From positions 85,536 to 149,535 of the forward strand of contig JAOAJX010000002.1 in the NCBI GenBank assembly GCA_026413945.1: a stretch of 64,000 nt of DNA. The letters are read 5' to 3'. A program made the translations under genes and the position numbers. The notes beneath the pieces were generated by a model that searched no databases, was not told the DNA's origin, and was given only the letters and a program-made list of their open reading frames with translations. Positions 9,481 through 18,334 of the stretch are shown piece by piece (position 1 is the first letter of the stretch; the number at the start of each line of letters is the position of its first letter). This DNA comes from Candidatus Iainarchaeum sp. GTDB lineage: Archaea > Iainarchaeota > Iainarchaeia > Iainarchaeales > DTGL01.

Positions 9481-9636
9481 AAGTGTTTTTCTGCCGTTTT
9501 CTTTGGCTCTTTCAACTGCTTTGTCAAGTTTGTACTGAATAACCTTATTAAGGCCATCGAAGAAGTCACCAGCAATCCTTATATCTTTGCTCTTGGCATA
9601 TTCCTTTATTTTGGATTTAACCACATAATCCTCCAT
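9463..9636 (-). CDS. Short histone-fold protein, 57 aa (face-to-face/DUF1931-like type); not in the ORF track
   Basis: MEDYVVKSKIKEYAKSKDIRIAGDFFDGLNKVIQYKLDKAVERAKENGRKTLRGFDL; strong SD AAGGAGG upstream; RKT and RxxD histone motifs. Confidence 0.9.
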   Translation of the reverse strand: MEDYVVKSKIKEYAKSKDIRIAGDFFDGLNKVIQYKLDKAVERAKENGRKTLRGFDL

Positions 9637-9773
9637 CTAATCGCCTCCTTTTTGAAGAACATTGTTTATATGTTTAAAAAAATGCACAAACCTATATTTA
9701 AACCTATGGGATAAGAGTTTTATAGGAAAAATTAAAAAAGTGATGTTTTGGCACGAACGGTATTGCAAAGAGC

Positions 9774-10550
9774 TCAAAAAGTTGAAAATATTGGTTCTTT
9801 AAGCTGCTTCTTATCGCTTTTCTGATTTGAAACTAATTTTGATTCAATTAGTTGTGGCTCCTTAAAATTGCGCCTCAAGCCTGAAATTAGTTCAAGTATT
9901 GCTTTTCTAATATCTTCGCCCTTTCTTCCTTCTGCAGCCTTAAGTGGGGTGATAAAATACTCTGGCATACTGCTTGAAAGCCAATTACTAAAATCATGGT
10001 TAGATGCATGGTGCTCCACTGAGTTTATTGGTGCTTTTGCAATTGCTTGTTCAAACTCTGCCAAATTGCCTGCCTTAAGGTCGCAATACCAGAAGTAAAA
10101 GACAGGCAGCTGTTTGCCAAAGAAATCTTCTTTTTGAACAGCTGCGCTGCCTTTATCACGCACCTCTAAAGCTTTGTTTTCCAAAGGGGGGGCTTCAACT
10201 GCTTTAATTTCCTTTTTGGCATTTTCTTCCGGTTGTGTGCCTTTCATTCTTTTTGTAACCTGTAATGGCTCTTCTTTTGGCTCAGGCACTGCTTTTTTTG
10301 GTTTATTTTTTTCAATTTCCAACTCTTTAAAGTCAATTTCTTCGTGAATTTGCTCCTTTTTAGGTAAATCCTTTTTCTGTGATTTGCTCTCAAGAGCTCT
10401 TATTTCTTCTGCGAGACGTTCAAGCTCTTTTGTCTCATCAATAGTATTTCCTTTGTTGCTGAATAGTCCAATTGCTTTGCGCATTTCCTCTTTTTTCTTT
10501 TCAAGGTCGCTTTTCCTTGTAAAAGGAAGTATGATATCTTGAATACCCAA
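9774..10550 (-). CDS. Hypothetical protein with a DUF5752-like C-terminal domain
   Basis: FYF...AGNLAEFEQAI...SVEHH..NHDFSNWL pattern after a charged low-complexity region. Confidence 0.7.
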   Translation of the reverse strand: MGIQDIILPFTRKSDLEKKKEEMRKAIGLFSNKGNTIDETKELERLAEEIRALESKSQKKDLPKKEQIHEEIDFKELEIEKNKPKKAVPEPKEEPLQVTKRMKGTQPEENAKKEIKAVEAPPLENKALEVRDKGSAAVQKEDFFGKQLPVFYFWYCDLKAGNLAEFEQAIAKAPINSVEHHASNHDFSNWLSSSMPEYFITPLKAAEGRKGEDIRKAILELISGLRRNFKEPQLIESKLVSNQKSDKKQLKEPIFSTF

Positions 10551-10621
10551 ATTTCCACCACCGAGAATTTAACATAATAGATACTAAGTAATATTTAAAC
10601 TTTTGCAATTAGGCATTAATT

Positions 10622-11338
10622 ATGGCCTTACCAAAAGGTTACAAAGCACCTCCGCACTACACCCAAAGAATGCTAAAAGAAAGGATAGCAAGAATTAAGG
10701 AGAGGGAGCAAAAGTTAAGAAAGCGTTACGAGGATAAGTTCAGAGCTATCCCAAAGCTTAGACTGGTACCAGCGATGGAGGAGATAAAAAGAATTGTCAC
10801 ACAGTCGCAAAGGCCTTACATTGTTGCCATTTGTGGCCCAAGCACTTCCGGAAAAACAAGCTTTGCGAAGAGGCTTGCAAGAGACCTCAACGCAGGTTTA
10901 ATATCAACAGATTCTTACTATAAAACAATAGATTATGTTGCAAAGCTGCCGCTTTATTTCGATGATGTGCGCTCTGTTGACATAAGATCAATTGCAGAGG
11001 CCATGAAAGAATGGAAGATGGGAAAAAGCATCATAGTTCCAGTGCATGACCCAATAAAACATGAAAATGTGGGATCAAAAGTTGTGCCACACACTGGAAT
11101 CCTTATCTTAGAAGGCATAGTTGCATTCCATCCAAAGTTGATTAAGTTTGCCGATTTAAAGGTATATTTTGAGTCTTCTCCGCAAAAGCGCCTTAAAAGG
11201 AAATATAGAAGAGATGTTAAAGAAAGGGGCAGGAGCATAGCATATGCCAGGGATAGATTTTATTCAACGGTTGAAGAATCTAGGCTCCAGTATATGGAAC
11301 AGCAAAGACACAAAGCAAATCTAATTGTGCTAGCATAA
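10622..11338 (+). CDS. Uridine kinase-family P-loop kinase, paralog 1, with basic N-terminal extension
   Basis: GPSTSGKTS, DSYY, ILEGI, RLKRKYRRDVKERGRS. Confidence 0.85.
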   Translation: MALPKGYKAPPHYTQRMLKERIARIKEREQKLRKRYEDKFRAIPKLRLVPAMEEIKRIVTQSQRPYIVAICGPSTSGKTSFAKRLARDLNAGLISTDSYYKTIDYVAKLPLYFDDVRSVDIRSIAEAMKEWKMGKSIIVPVHDPIKHENVGSKVVPHTGILILEGIVAFHPKLIKFADLKVYFESSPQKRLKRKYRRDVKERGRSIAYARDRFYSTVEESRLQYMEQQRHKANLIVLA

Positions 11339-11376
11339 AAATTATATTAAAAATATTACAAATACAAGATTTTATT

Positions 11377-12087
11377 ATGCCGTCATACAGATTACCAAAA
11401 CATTTTTCTCAAAGGGCACTAAGAAAAAGAAAACTTGAAATAAAAGCTAAAGAAGAAAGAGTTAAGAAAAGGTATGAAAGCCTTGTCTCGAATATTCCGC
11501 GCTATAGGCTAACAGAAGGTTTCTATGAGCTGAAAAGAAGGATTGGAAGCATGCAAAAGCCAACAGTTGTTGTTCTTATATGCGGCACAATGGGCTCAGG
11601 AAAAACATCATTTACAACGAGGCTTGCAAAGGAGTTTGGCGCAGCAGTCATTTCAACTGACTTATATTTTAGGGAGCAAAGCGTGGCTGAAAAATACCCG
11701 CTCTATTATGACGATCCGCGTGCAGTTAAGCTTGATCTAATGGCGGAGCATATAAAAGGTTGGCGTGAAGGTAAGCCAATAACTATGCCGGTACATGACC
11801 TTGTCACACACAAAGAACTTGAGCCAAAGCAAATACCTCACACAAGAGTGCTTTTTGTTGAAGGAACTATGGCCTTTCACCCTAGAATAAGACATCTTGC
11901 AGACATAAGGGTTTACTTTGAGTCTTCACCCAATAAAAGGTTAAAGAGACGTTACAGAAGGGATGTTAAAATCAGAGGTAGGACCACTGCATATGTGCGC
12001 GATAGGTTTTATTCAACGCTCGAGCCAGCAAGAATAGCACTACTCGAGCAGTGGAAGCACCACGCTGACATGATTATAATTACATAG
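11377..12087 (+). CDS. Uridine kinase-family P-loop kinase, paralog 2, with basic N-terminal extension
   Basis: GTMGSGKTS, DLYF, YDDPRAV, FVEG, RLKRRYRRDVKIRGRT; colinear with paralog 1. Confidence 0.85.
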   Translation: MPSYRLPKHFSQRALRKRKLEIKAKEERVKKRYESLVSNIPRYRLTEGFYELKRRIGSMQKPTVVVLICGTMGSGKTSFTTRLAKEFGAAVISTDLYFREQSVAEKYPLYYDDPRAVKLDLMAEHIKGWREGKPITMPVHDLVTHKELEPKQIPHTRVLFVEGTMAFHPRIRHLADIRVYFESSPNKRLKRRYRRDVKIRGRTTAYVRDRFYSTLEPARIALLEQWKHHADMIIIT

Positions 12088-12089
12088 GG

Positions 12090-12677
12090 TTGGTTATGAG
12101 AAAAAAAGATTTTGCTAAAAATGCTTTTGATGAGCACCTTCTTGTGCTGAAAAAAATAGCTGAGCCAAAGAGCTTACAAAACATAAGGTTTTGCGCAAAA
12201 AAAATAGCCGATTGTTTCAAAAGAGGAAACAAGGTGCTTATCTTTGGAAATGGTGGATCAGCAGCAGACTCAGAACATTTCGCAGCAGAGTTGATTGGAA
12301 AATTGACGAAAAAAAGGAAGCCTTTGCCAGCCATTGCATTACCAAGCTGCGCACCAATTATTACAGCAATATCAAATGACTTCGGTTTTGAAGATGTATT
12401 TTCAAGACAACTTGAGGCCCTTGCAAAAAAAGACGATGTTGTGATAGCTATAAGCACTTCTGGCCTATCGAAGAATGTTATAAAAGGAGTCCTAAAGGCC
12501 AAAGAGAAAGGAGCATATACTATAGCGATAACATCAGTCAATGGCAGGCTTAAGAGCATTGCCGACAATTCAATTTGTATAGATTCTAAAAATACTCAGC
12601 GGATACAAGAGATGCATATCTTTGTTATCCATTTGCTTTGTGAGTTTACACAAGAGTTATGTAAAAAAACAGCATAA
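12090..12677 (+). CDS. gmhA: Phosphoheptose isomerase (SIS domain)
   Basis: GNGGSAADSEHFAAEL, TAISNDFGF, ISTSG.S.NV, RIQEMH. Confidence 0.93.
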   Translation: MVMRKKDFAKNAFDEHLLVLKKIAEPKSLQNIRFCAKKIADCFKRGNKVLIFGNGGSAADSEHFAAELIGKLTKKRKPLPAIALPSCAPIITAISNDFGFEDVFSRQLEALAKKDDVVIAISTSGLSKNVIKGVLKAKEKGAYTIAITSVNGRLKSIADNSICIDSKNTQRIQEMHIFVIHLLCEFTQELCKKTA

Positions 12678-12716
12678 AACATGAAGTATTAAATTTAGTA
12701 TCACTCTAATTATAAG

Positions 12717-14012
12717 ATGCCTCTAAAAAGGGAACTGACGCTAGTTGAAGCGCTTTTCAGCGGCATAGGAATCATAATAGGCGCAGGCATATATGCAATA
12801 ATAGCTCAAGCAGCTTCTATTGCAGGAAATGGAATTTGGCTTTCTTTTGTTTTTGCGGCTTTTGTCGCAGCAACCGCTGGATTAAGTTATGCGGAACTTT
12901 CATCAATGTTTCCTAAAGCTGGTGCAGAATATGATTACATAAAGCCAGCATTTGGACATAGATTTGCTTTTATTGTTGCTTGGCTTGCAATATTTGCCTC
13001 TTTTGTTGGCATTACCACGGTAGCGATGAGTTTTGGTGGCTACATTTCAGCAATATTCTGCCTCAGTTGCACTTTGGGAATTCAAGAAAATCCGAACATT
13101 GCTAATTTTGATTGGCTTTTCTGGGCTGCTATGCTCATAATTTTCTCTGCATTGGTTCTATTAACGGGTGTTAAAAAATCAGCCGAATTGGCTGTTGCTA
13201 TTACTACACTGAGCATAGTTGGGCTTCTCATAGTTATCGGCATGGGTTTACCTCATGCTACAAAGGTTGATCTTTTCGAAATTAAATCTATTGGTGGGAT
13301 TTTTAGCGCGGCTGGTTTGGTCTTTTTTGCTTATATAGGTTTTGAAGAGATAGTGCGCTTATCCGAGGAAACGAAAAATCCTGAAAAAAACATACCTTTG
13401 GCGGTTTTACTTTCAATATTACTTACATCAATATTATATGTTCTTGTATCTATTTCAGTCCTTGGATTGGTTGAGGCTGAAGAGCTTGCCTCAACTCAAA
13501 ACCCAATGGCTGTTGTGGGGGGCATAGTTTTCGGAAGAGAAGGCCATCTTTTGCTTTCACTGATAGCTCTTTTTGCTACCTCAAGCACTGTGCTTTTAAT
13601 AATGCTTGCAACCTCAAGGATACTTTATGGGATGAGCAGCGAGGGGGCGCTGCCATCATTCCTTCAAAAAGTATCTAAAAATGGTGTTCCTAAGGCAGCT
13701 GTCTTTACAACTGCACTAATATCGATGGCTTTTCTTTCTTTTGCCTCAATAGAATTTGTTGCAAGCACAGTTAACTTTTCTATTTTCCTTATATTCCTAA
13801 TTGTAAACTTCGCACTTATTAACTTGAGAATGAAGCTACCTGCTAAGCACAGGCCTTTTAAAGTGCCTTTCAGCCTTGGCCCTGTGCCTTTGCCAACATT
13901 CATTGGAATTATAGTCACAATGCTTTTATTATTAAGCATAGATCACGAAGCAGTACTTTTCGGGACTATTGCTTTAGGCTTTGGTTTCTTATTATCTATT
14001 TTTTATACCTAG
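12717..14012 (+). CDS. APC-family amino acid permease
   Basis: GIIIGAGI, YAELSSMFPKAG, FFAYIGFE, EETKNPEKNIP; about 12 TM. Confidence 0.93.
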   Translation: MPLKRELTLVEALFSGIGIIIGAGIYAIIAQAASIAGNGIWLSFVFAAFVAATAGLSYAELSSMFPKAGAEYDYIKPAFGHRFAFIVAWLAIFASFVGITTVAMSFGGYISAIFCLSCTLGIQENPNIANFDWLFWAAMLIIFSALVLLTGVKKSAELAVAITTLSIVGLLIVIGMGLPHATKVDLFEIKSIGGIFSAAGLVFFAYIGFEEIVRLSEETKNPEKNIPLAVLLSILLTSILYVLVSISVLGLVEAEELASTQNPMAVVGGIVFGREGHLLLSLIALFATSSTVLLIMLATSRILYGMSSEGALPSFLQKVSKNGVPKAAVFTTALISMAFLSFASIEFVASTVNFSIFLIFLIVNFALINLRMKLPAKHRPFKVPFSLGPVPLPTFIGIIVTMLLLLSIDHEAVLFGTIALGFGFLLSIFYT

Positions 14013-14682
14013 GTTTAGCATAAGGTGTTTTAATTTTTTTGTTTCTTTGTGCTCTTCTCTCTAAACGTCGCCTTACAAGTTTTTCTTTTATAAGAAGATC
14101 TCCACAAATTTTTTTATCAACAAAAGCCATCTTGGGATTAAGAAGCAGTCTTAAGTTGTTTATAACTGTTTGTACACAACCTGTGCTAATTTCACCACCT
14201 GCTCTAAGAACAAAATCTCTGCTAAGGGCAACTTTTTTTCTAGCAATTATGCTCACTAATCTTTCACAATCTTGCTTAAGCTCATTCAAGCCGGGAGAAT
14301 TTATTACGATAAGGCGCCTACCAAGAATTTTTTTTGCAAATCCTATTAATCTCATGGCATCATTGAATTCGGAATTCTTCAACAGAGTTTTGTCTTTTTC
14401 TATTATTGCTTTATAGTTTCTTAAGCCCATGGGGACTGCAAATATTGCTACCATTGCTTTGGGGTTTTTTGCTGCTTCAATAATTGCACGGCCATAAATT
14501 GCAAACATGGCTTTCCTATAGCGCTCCCAATCAATAGCTTCTTGGTGACCCTTCGAGTAAAGATTCTTTGTTAATTCAATGGTGCGGTGCTTTTGCAAGC
14601 CAAATTCGGTTGCGTAATTGAGCCAGTTTGGATGTACAAGAACAAGAAGCTCATTGTAAGGCCCTTTGTGATCTGTCTCCAT
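13996..14682 (-). CDS. Highly basic hypothetical protein, possibly cysteine-hydrolase-like fold
   Basis: LLVLVHP near the N-terminus, GGEISTGCV motif, Arg/Lys-rich C-terminus. Confidence 0.65.
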   Translation of the reverse strand: METDHKGPYNELLVLVHPNWLNYATEFGLQKHRTIELTKNLYSKGHQEAIDWERYRKAMFAIYGRAIIEAAKNPKAMVAIFAVPMGLRNYKAIIEKDKTLLKNSEFNDAMRLIGFAKKILGRRLIVINSPGLNELKQDCERLVSIIARKKVALSRDFVLRAGGEISTGCVQTVINNLRLLLNPKMAFVDKKICGDLLIKEKLVRRRLERRAQRNKKIKTPYAKPRYKK

Positions 14683-14696
14683 TGTAATTTATCCGT

Positions 14697-15578
14697 TTAA
14701 AAGTTATTAAAAAGGTTTTTTCTGCTAGGGCTTTTCCCAGATGCTTTTTTCTCTAGTAAGAGCAAGAGTGAAAAACCAAACAATGCGGAGATAATTATCA
14801 AAAGATAATTATCCGGCTGTGAAGCAATAATCTTTTCAACCGGCACTCTAAGAGAGCCGAGCACGAGCCCGGCAAGAGATGCAAAAACGCGCGCCTTGTG
14901 TCTTTTCAGCATCAATGCTAAGAGTTTAGAGAAACCAATTAGGCCTATAAGCATTCCCATTGAGCAGTAAACAAGTGGCGGCAAATCTAATCTGTTTAAA
15001 GCATCAAGCAAATACTCATATTGCCCAAGAACTACTAAAACATATGCACCTGAGATGCCTGGCAAAAGCATTGTGCATGCGGCAGCGATACCTGATAAAA
15101 ACAAAACCATTGGGCTGTGATCTATCAGCAATGTTGGTATAGAAACAAAGAAATAAGCAAATAATAAAGATGCGAAAAATATTAGGAAAGTTGCGATTGA
15201 GTCTTTTTTTGAAATATTTACTACTAAAGCTTGTCTTATGACTAAAGCTACAGATCCAGCAACAAGACCAAAGAAGAATGAATAAGTGAGGGCGGTATAG
15301 TTCTCAAGCATGACCTTTACAAAACCAGCCGTAAGCAAAAAAGATAAAAGAATGCCGCTAAGCAACGGTAAAAAAAATTCAAAATCTATTTTGGAGAATC
15401 CGGCACTCAAGTTGTTTATAGCATATATGAGGCGCTCATATATTCCTGTTATTAATGCAATTGTTCCGCCTGAAATTCCTGGCAATATATTGGCGGCACC
15501 CATTAAAACTCCTTTCAGGAATATGCTAAAAAACTCGCGTAAGGCCATAAAATCCACTAAAAACTTAAAACCACTCAT
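14697..15578 (-). CDS. DUF368 membrane protein (polyprenyl-phosphate translocase family)
   Basis: KGVLMGAANILPGISGGTIALITGIYERL and a second LPGISG repeat; true start probably the ATG about 30 nt downstream. Confidence 0.9.
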   Translation of the reverse strand: MSGFKFLVDFMALREFFSIFLKGVLMGAANILPGISGGTIALITGIYERLIYAINNLSAGFSKIDFEFFLPLLSGILLSFLLTAGFVKVMLENYTALTYSFFFGLVAGSVALVIRQALVVNISKKDSIATFLIFFASLLFAYFFVSIPTLLIDHSPMVLFLSGIAAACTMLLPGISGAYVLVVLGQYEYLLDALNRLDLPPLVYCSMGMLIGLIGFSKLLALMLKRHKARVFASLAGLVLGSLRVPVEKIIASQPDNYLLIIISALFGFSLLLLLEKKASGKSPSRKNLFNNF

Positions 15579-15691
15579 TTTTTAAATAGTTGGCAGGAGA
15601 GATTAATAAAAAAAGTGAAAAGGAAGATGGGTTGTGAGGCTGATTCTAAGTTTGTTGGAAAGCCATATTTTGGGAAAAATTATGCTGAAAT

Positions 15692-15759
15692 GGGCTTTAA
15701 ATGCTTCTTTGCTTTTAACACCCAAAAAGGAGTTAAAAGGGTTGCATTTAAACCCTTTT
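15692..15759 (+). promoter_or_regulatory. Nested, mutually exclusive inverted repeats upstream of the CxxC-x17-CxxC gene
   Basis: TTTAAATGC/GCATTTAAA and CTTTTAAC/GTTAAAAG form one long hairpin; AAAAGGGTT (15735-43)/AACCCTTTT (15751-59) form an alternative one. Confidence 0.5.
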
Positions 15760-15782
15760 CAATAGTGTAAAGGAGTGAGAAA

Positions 15783-15947
15783 ATGCAAGACAAATTTGGC
15801 AGAACTCTCTACAAGGCAATCTGCAGCGAATGCGGAAAAGAGACCGATGTGCCATTTCAGCCGGACGGCACAAGGCCGGTCTATTGTAGAGACTGCTTTA
15901 TGAAAAGAAAAGGCGGCAACAGAAGGTTTGATAGGAGAAGGGAGTAG
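15783..15947 (+). CDS. CxxC-x17-CxxC zinc-ribbon protein, 54 aa; not in the ORF track
   Basis: MQDKFGRTLYKAICSECGKETDVPFQPDGTRPVYCRDCFMKRKGGNRRFDRRRE; SD AGGAGTGA; T-rich tract downstream. Confidence 0.92.
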   Translation: MQDKFGRTLYKAICSECGKETDVPFQPDGTRPVYCRDCFMKRKGGNRRFDRRRE

Positions 15948-16037
15948 AGCTTTTTTTGGCTTAAAATCCTCAAAATCCTATCCTTTTTTTATTTTTTATT
16001 TTTCAAATTATTATAGCTATTTTGTGGAGGTGGGCTT

Positions 16038-16286
16038 ATGCCTAAAAATAGCAAAAACAAGGTAGTAGTCTATTCTACGCCTACTTGCCCTTATTGCATC
16101 ATAGCAAAGAAATTCCTAAAAGAAAATGGCGTAGATTACGTTGAATACAACGTTGCTGCAGACAAGGAAAAAGCAATGGAAATGTATGAGAAAAGCGGCC
16201 AGCTTGGAGTTCCTGTTATTGATATAAATGGCAAAATAATTGTTGGTTTTGACAAAGGAGCAATACTCAAGGCACTTTCAGCATAG
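16038..16286 (+). CDS. Glutaredoxin-like protein (YruB/NrdH type)
   Basis: YSTPTCPYC, SGQLGVPVI, IVGFD. Confidence 0.93.
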   Translation: MPKNSKNKVVVYSTPTCPYCIIAKKFLKENGVDYVEYNVAADKEKAMEMYEKSGQLGVPVIDINGKIIVGFDKGAILKALSA

Positions 16287-16294
16287 GTGTCCTT

Positions 16295-17626
16295 ATGGCA
16301 AAGTCAAAGAAAATTATAATTATGGGCGCGGCTGGACGCGACTTCCACAATTTCAATATTTTTTTCAAAAATAATCCAGAATATAGGGTTTTAGCATTCA
16401 CGGCTACGCAAATACCTTACATTGAAGGTAGAAAATACCCTCCAGAGCTTGCTGGAAAGCTTTACCCTAAAGGAATACCAATATTTGGAGAAGAGGACTT
16501 GCCTAAGCTTATCAGTGAGTACAATGTTGATGCAGTAGTGTTCTCTTACTCAGACGTTTCGCACAATTATGTAATGCAAAGGGCAGCACTTGTTAATGCC
16601 TGCGGAGCATCTTTTTGGCTTCTCGGTGCAAAACAAACCATGTTGAGAGCCAAAAAGCCTGTAATAGCAGTGTGTGCCGTGCGTACTGGTTGTGGAAAAA
16701 GCCAGACAACTAGGTATGTGTGTGAAATACTCAAAAAAATGGGCAAGAAGGTTGCAGTTGTAAGGCATCCAATGCCATATGGAGATCTAAAAAAGCAGGT
16801 TGTTCAAAAGTTTGAAACCTACTATGATCTCAATAAGCACAAATGCACGATAGAAGAGCGCGAAGAATATGAACCACACATAGAATCAGGCAACATTGTT
16901 TTTGCAGGTGTTGATTACGGCAAGATACTTAAAGAGGCTGAGAATTGCGCAGATGTTATCTTGTGGGATGGTGGCAATAACGATCATAGCTTCTATTTTG
17001 CCGATCTTTATATAACGGTTGCAGACCCTCACAGAGTTGGACATGAGCTATCGTATTATGCGGGCACAACAAATGTTATGCTTGCTGATGTTTTCGTTAT
17101 AAATAAAGAGGATACAGCAAGCAAAGAAAATATAGATAATGTTGAAAAAAATCTTAGATGTGCTAATCCTAAAGCAAAAATAATACACTGCGAATCACCT
17201 GTAAATGTCAAAAATCCAGATCTAATAAAGGGCAAAAGGGTTCTTGTAATAGAAGATGGCCCAACGCTCACCCACGGTGAAATGAAGTATGGCGCAGGAA
17301 TTGTTGCTGCAAAAAGATTTGGAGCAAAAGAGATTGTAGATCCAAGAAGGTATGCCGTGGGTGAGATCAAAAAAACATTTGAAAAATATCCTTTAATAGG
17401 AGCTTTGCTTCCGGCAATGGGATATTCTGAAAAGCAGATTAAAGACTTGGAAAAGACAATAAATAGCTGTGATTGCGACTCAGTTGTTGTGGCAACACCA
17501 ATAGATCTTGGCAGGTTACTTAGAATAAACAAACCGTATACAAGAGTTACATATGAGCTAAGAGAAAAATCAGGCCAAAAATTAAGTGAATTAGTTGCAA
17601 ACGCAATTGGAAGGTGTAATAAGTGA
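16295..17626 (+). CDS. COG2403-type ATPase/'GTPase', probable arginine synthetase (ArcE type)
   Basis: MGAAGRDFHNFN, AFTATQIP, AVRTGCGKSQT P-loop, RHPMPYGDL, EEREEYEPH, WDGGNND, EDGPTLTHG, LPAMGY. Confidence 0.8.
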   Translation: MAKSKKIIIMGAAGRDFHNFNIFFKNNPEYRVLAFTATQIPYIEGRKYPPELAGKLYPKGIPIFGEEDLPKLISEYNVDAVVFSYSDVSHNYVMQRAALVNACGASFWLLGAKQTMLRAKKPVIAVCAVRTGCGKSQTTRYVCEILKKMGKKVAVVRHPMPYGDLKKQVVQKFETYYDLNKHKCTIEEREEYEPHIESGNIVFAGVDYGKILKEAENCADVILWDGGNNDHSFYFADLYITVADPHRVGHELSYYAGTTNVMLADVFVINKEDTASKENIDNVEKNLRCANPKAKIIHCESPVNVKNPDLIKGKRVLVIEDGPTLTHGEMKYGAGIVAAKRFGAKEIVDPRRYAVGEIKKTFEKYPLIGALLPAMGYSEKQIKDLEKTINSCDCDSVVVATPIDLGRLLRINKPYTRVTYELREKSGQKLSELVANAIGRCNK

Positions 17627-18318
17627 TATCTGTTATTGTTCCAACGCTTAATGAGGAAAAATTCATTGAAAAGACATTGCTTGCACTCAAAGACCAAACA
17701 ATGCCAAAGAATGAGTATGAGATAATAGTAAGCGATAGCTCAAGCAGTGACTCTACAGTGGAAATAGCAAAGTCACTTGCAGACAAGGTTGTTGTTTGTG
17801 AGCGCATAAGCGCTGGTTACGGGCGCAATTTTGGCGCAAAGCACGCAAAAGGCAGTAAGCTTGCATTTGTGGATGCAGATACAATTGTGTCACCGAGTTA
17901 TATTGAAGGCGTAAAAGAAGCGCTTGATAAGGGCATAGCTGCCACGGGACCTATGAGAGCTCTTGAAAAAGACAGCTTAAAGATAAGGGCTTTTTACAGA
18001 TGGTGGAGCTTACAATCAAGAATATCCATTCTTACAAAAAAGCCGATATTTCCTGGCTTCAATTTTGCTGTCACAAAAAAGGCATTTGAAGATGCTGGCG
18101 GTTTCAGACCTGACCCGATAACAAACGAGGATATAGACCTTTCATTCAAGCTTGCAAAAAAAGGGCGACTTGTTTTCAGCAAAAAAATGCTTGTTTATAC
18201 ATCTACAAGGCGGCTAAAGGAGATAAGCATCCCACAATATGTAATGAATGCTGTTGATTTTGCACTTTTTAATAGATCTAGGCATTGGAAAGAGCACAGA
18301 AAAGATTATGAAAAATAG
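17623..18318 (+). CDS. GT2 family glycosyltransferase, copy 1
   Basis: ISVIVPTLNEE, GRNFGA, FVDAD, GGF, NEDID, TSTRR. Confidence 0.93.
   Translation: MISVIVPTLNEEKFIEKTLLALKDQTMPKNEYEIIVSDSSSSDSTVEIAKSLADKVVVCERISAGYGRNFGAKHAKGSKLAFVDADTIVSPSYIEGVKEALDKGIAATGPMRALEKDSLKIRAFYRWWSLQSRISILTKKPIFPGFNFAVTKKAFEDAGGFRPDPITNEDIDLSFKLAKKGRLVFSKKMLVYTSTRRLKEISIPQYVMNAVDFALFNRSRHWKEHRKDYEK
17632..17960 (+). repeat. 329-bp direct repeat, copy 1 (5' half of GT2 copy 1)
   Basis: Read base by base, identical to 18353-18681 (offset 721). Confidence 0.92.
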
Positions 18319-18334
18319 GAATCAAAATGGTTTT

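Noticed and set aside
9393-9575. 60-aa minus-strand ORF in the track
   Set aside because: Wrong frame; the real gene is the overlapping 57-aa histone at 9463-9636, which has an SD and motifs.
17056-17697. 213-aa minus-strand ORF and similar antisense ORFs over the thermosome and DUF87 ATPase genes
   Set aside because: Fully overlap well-supported genes on the other strand and lack recognisable features.
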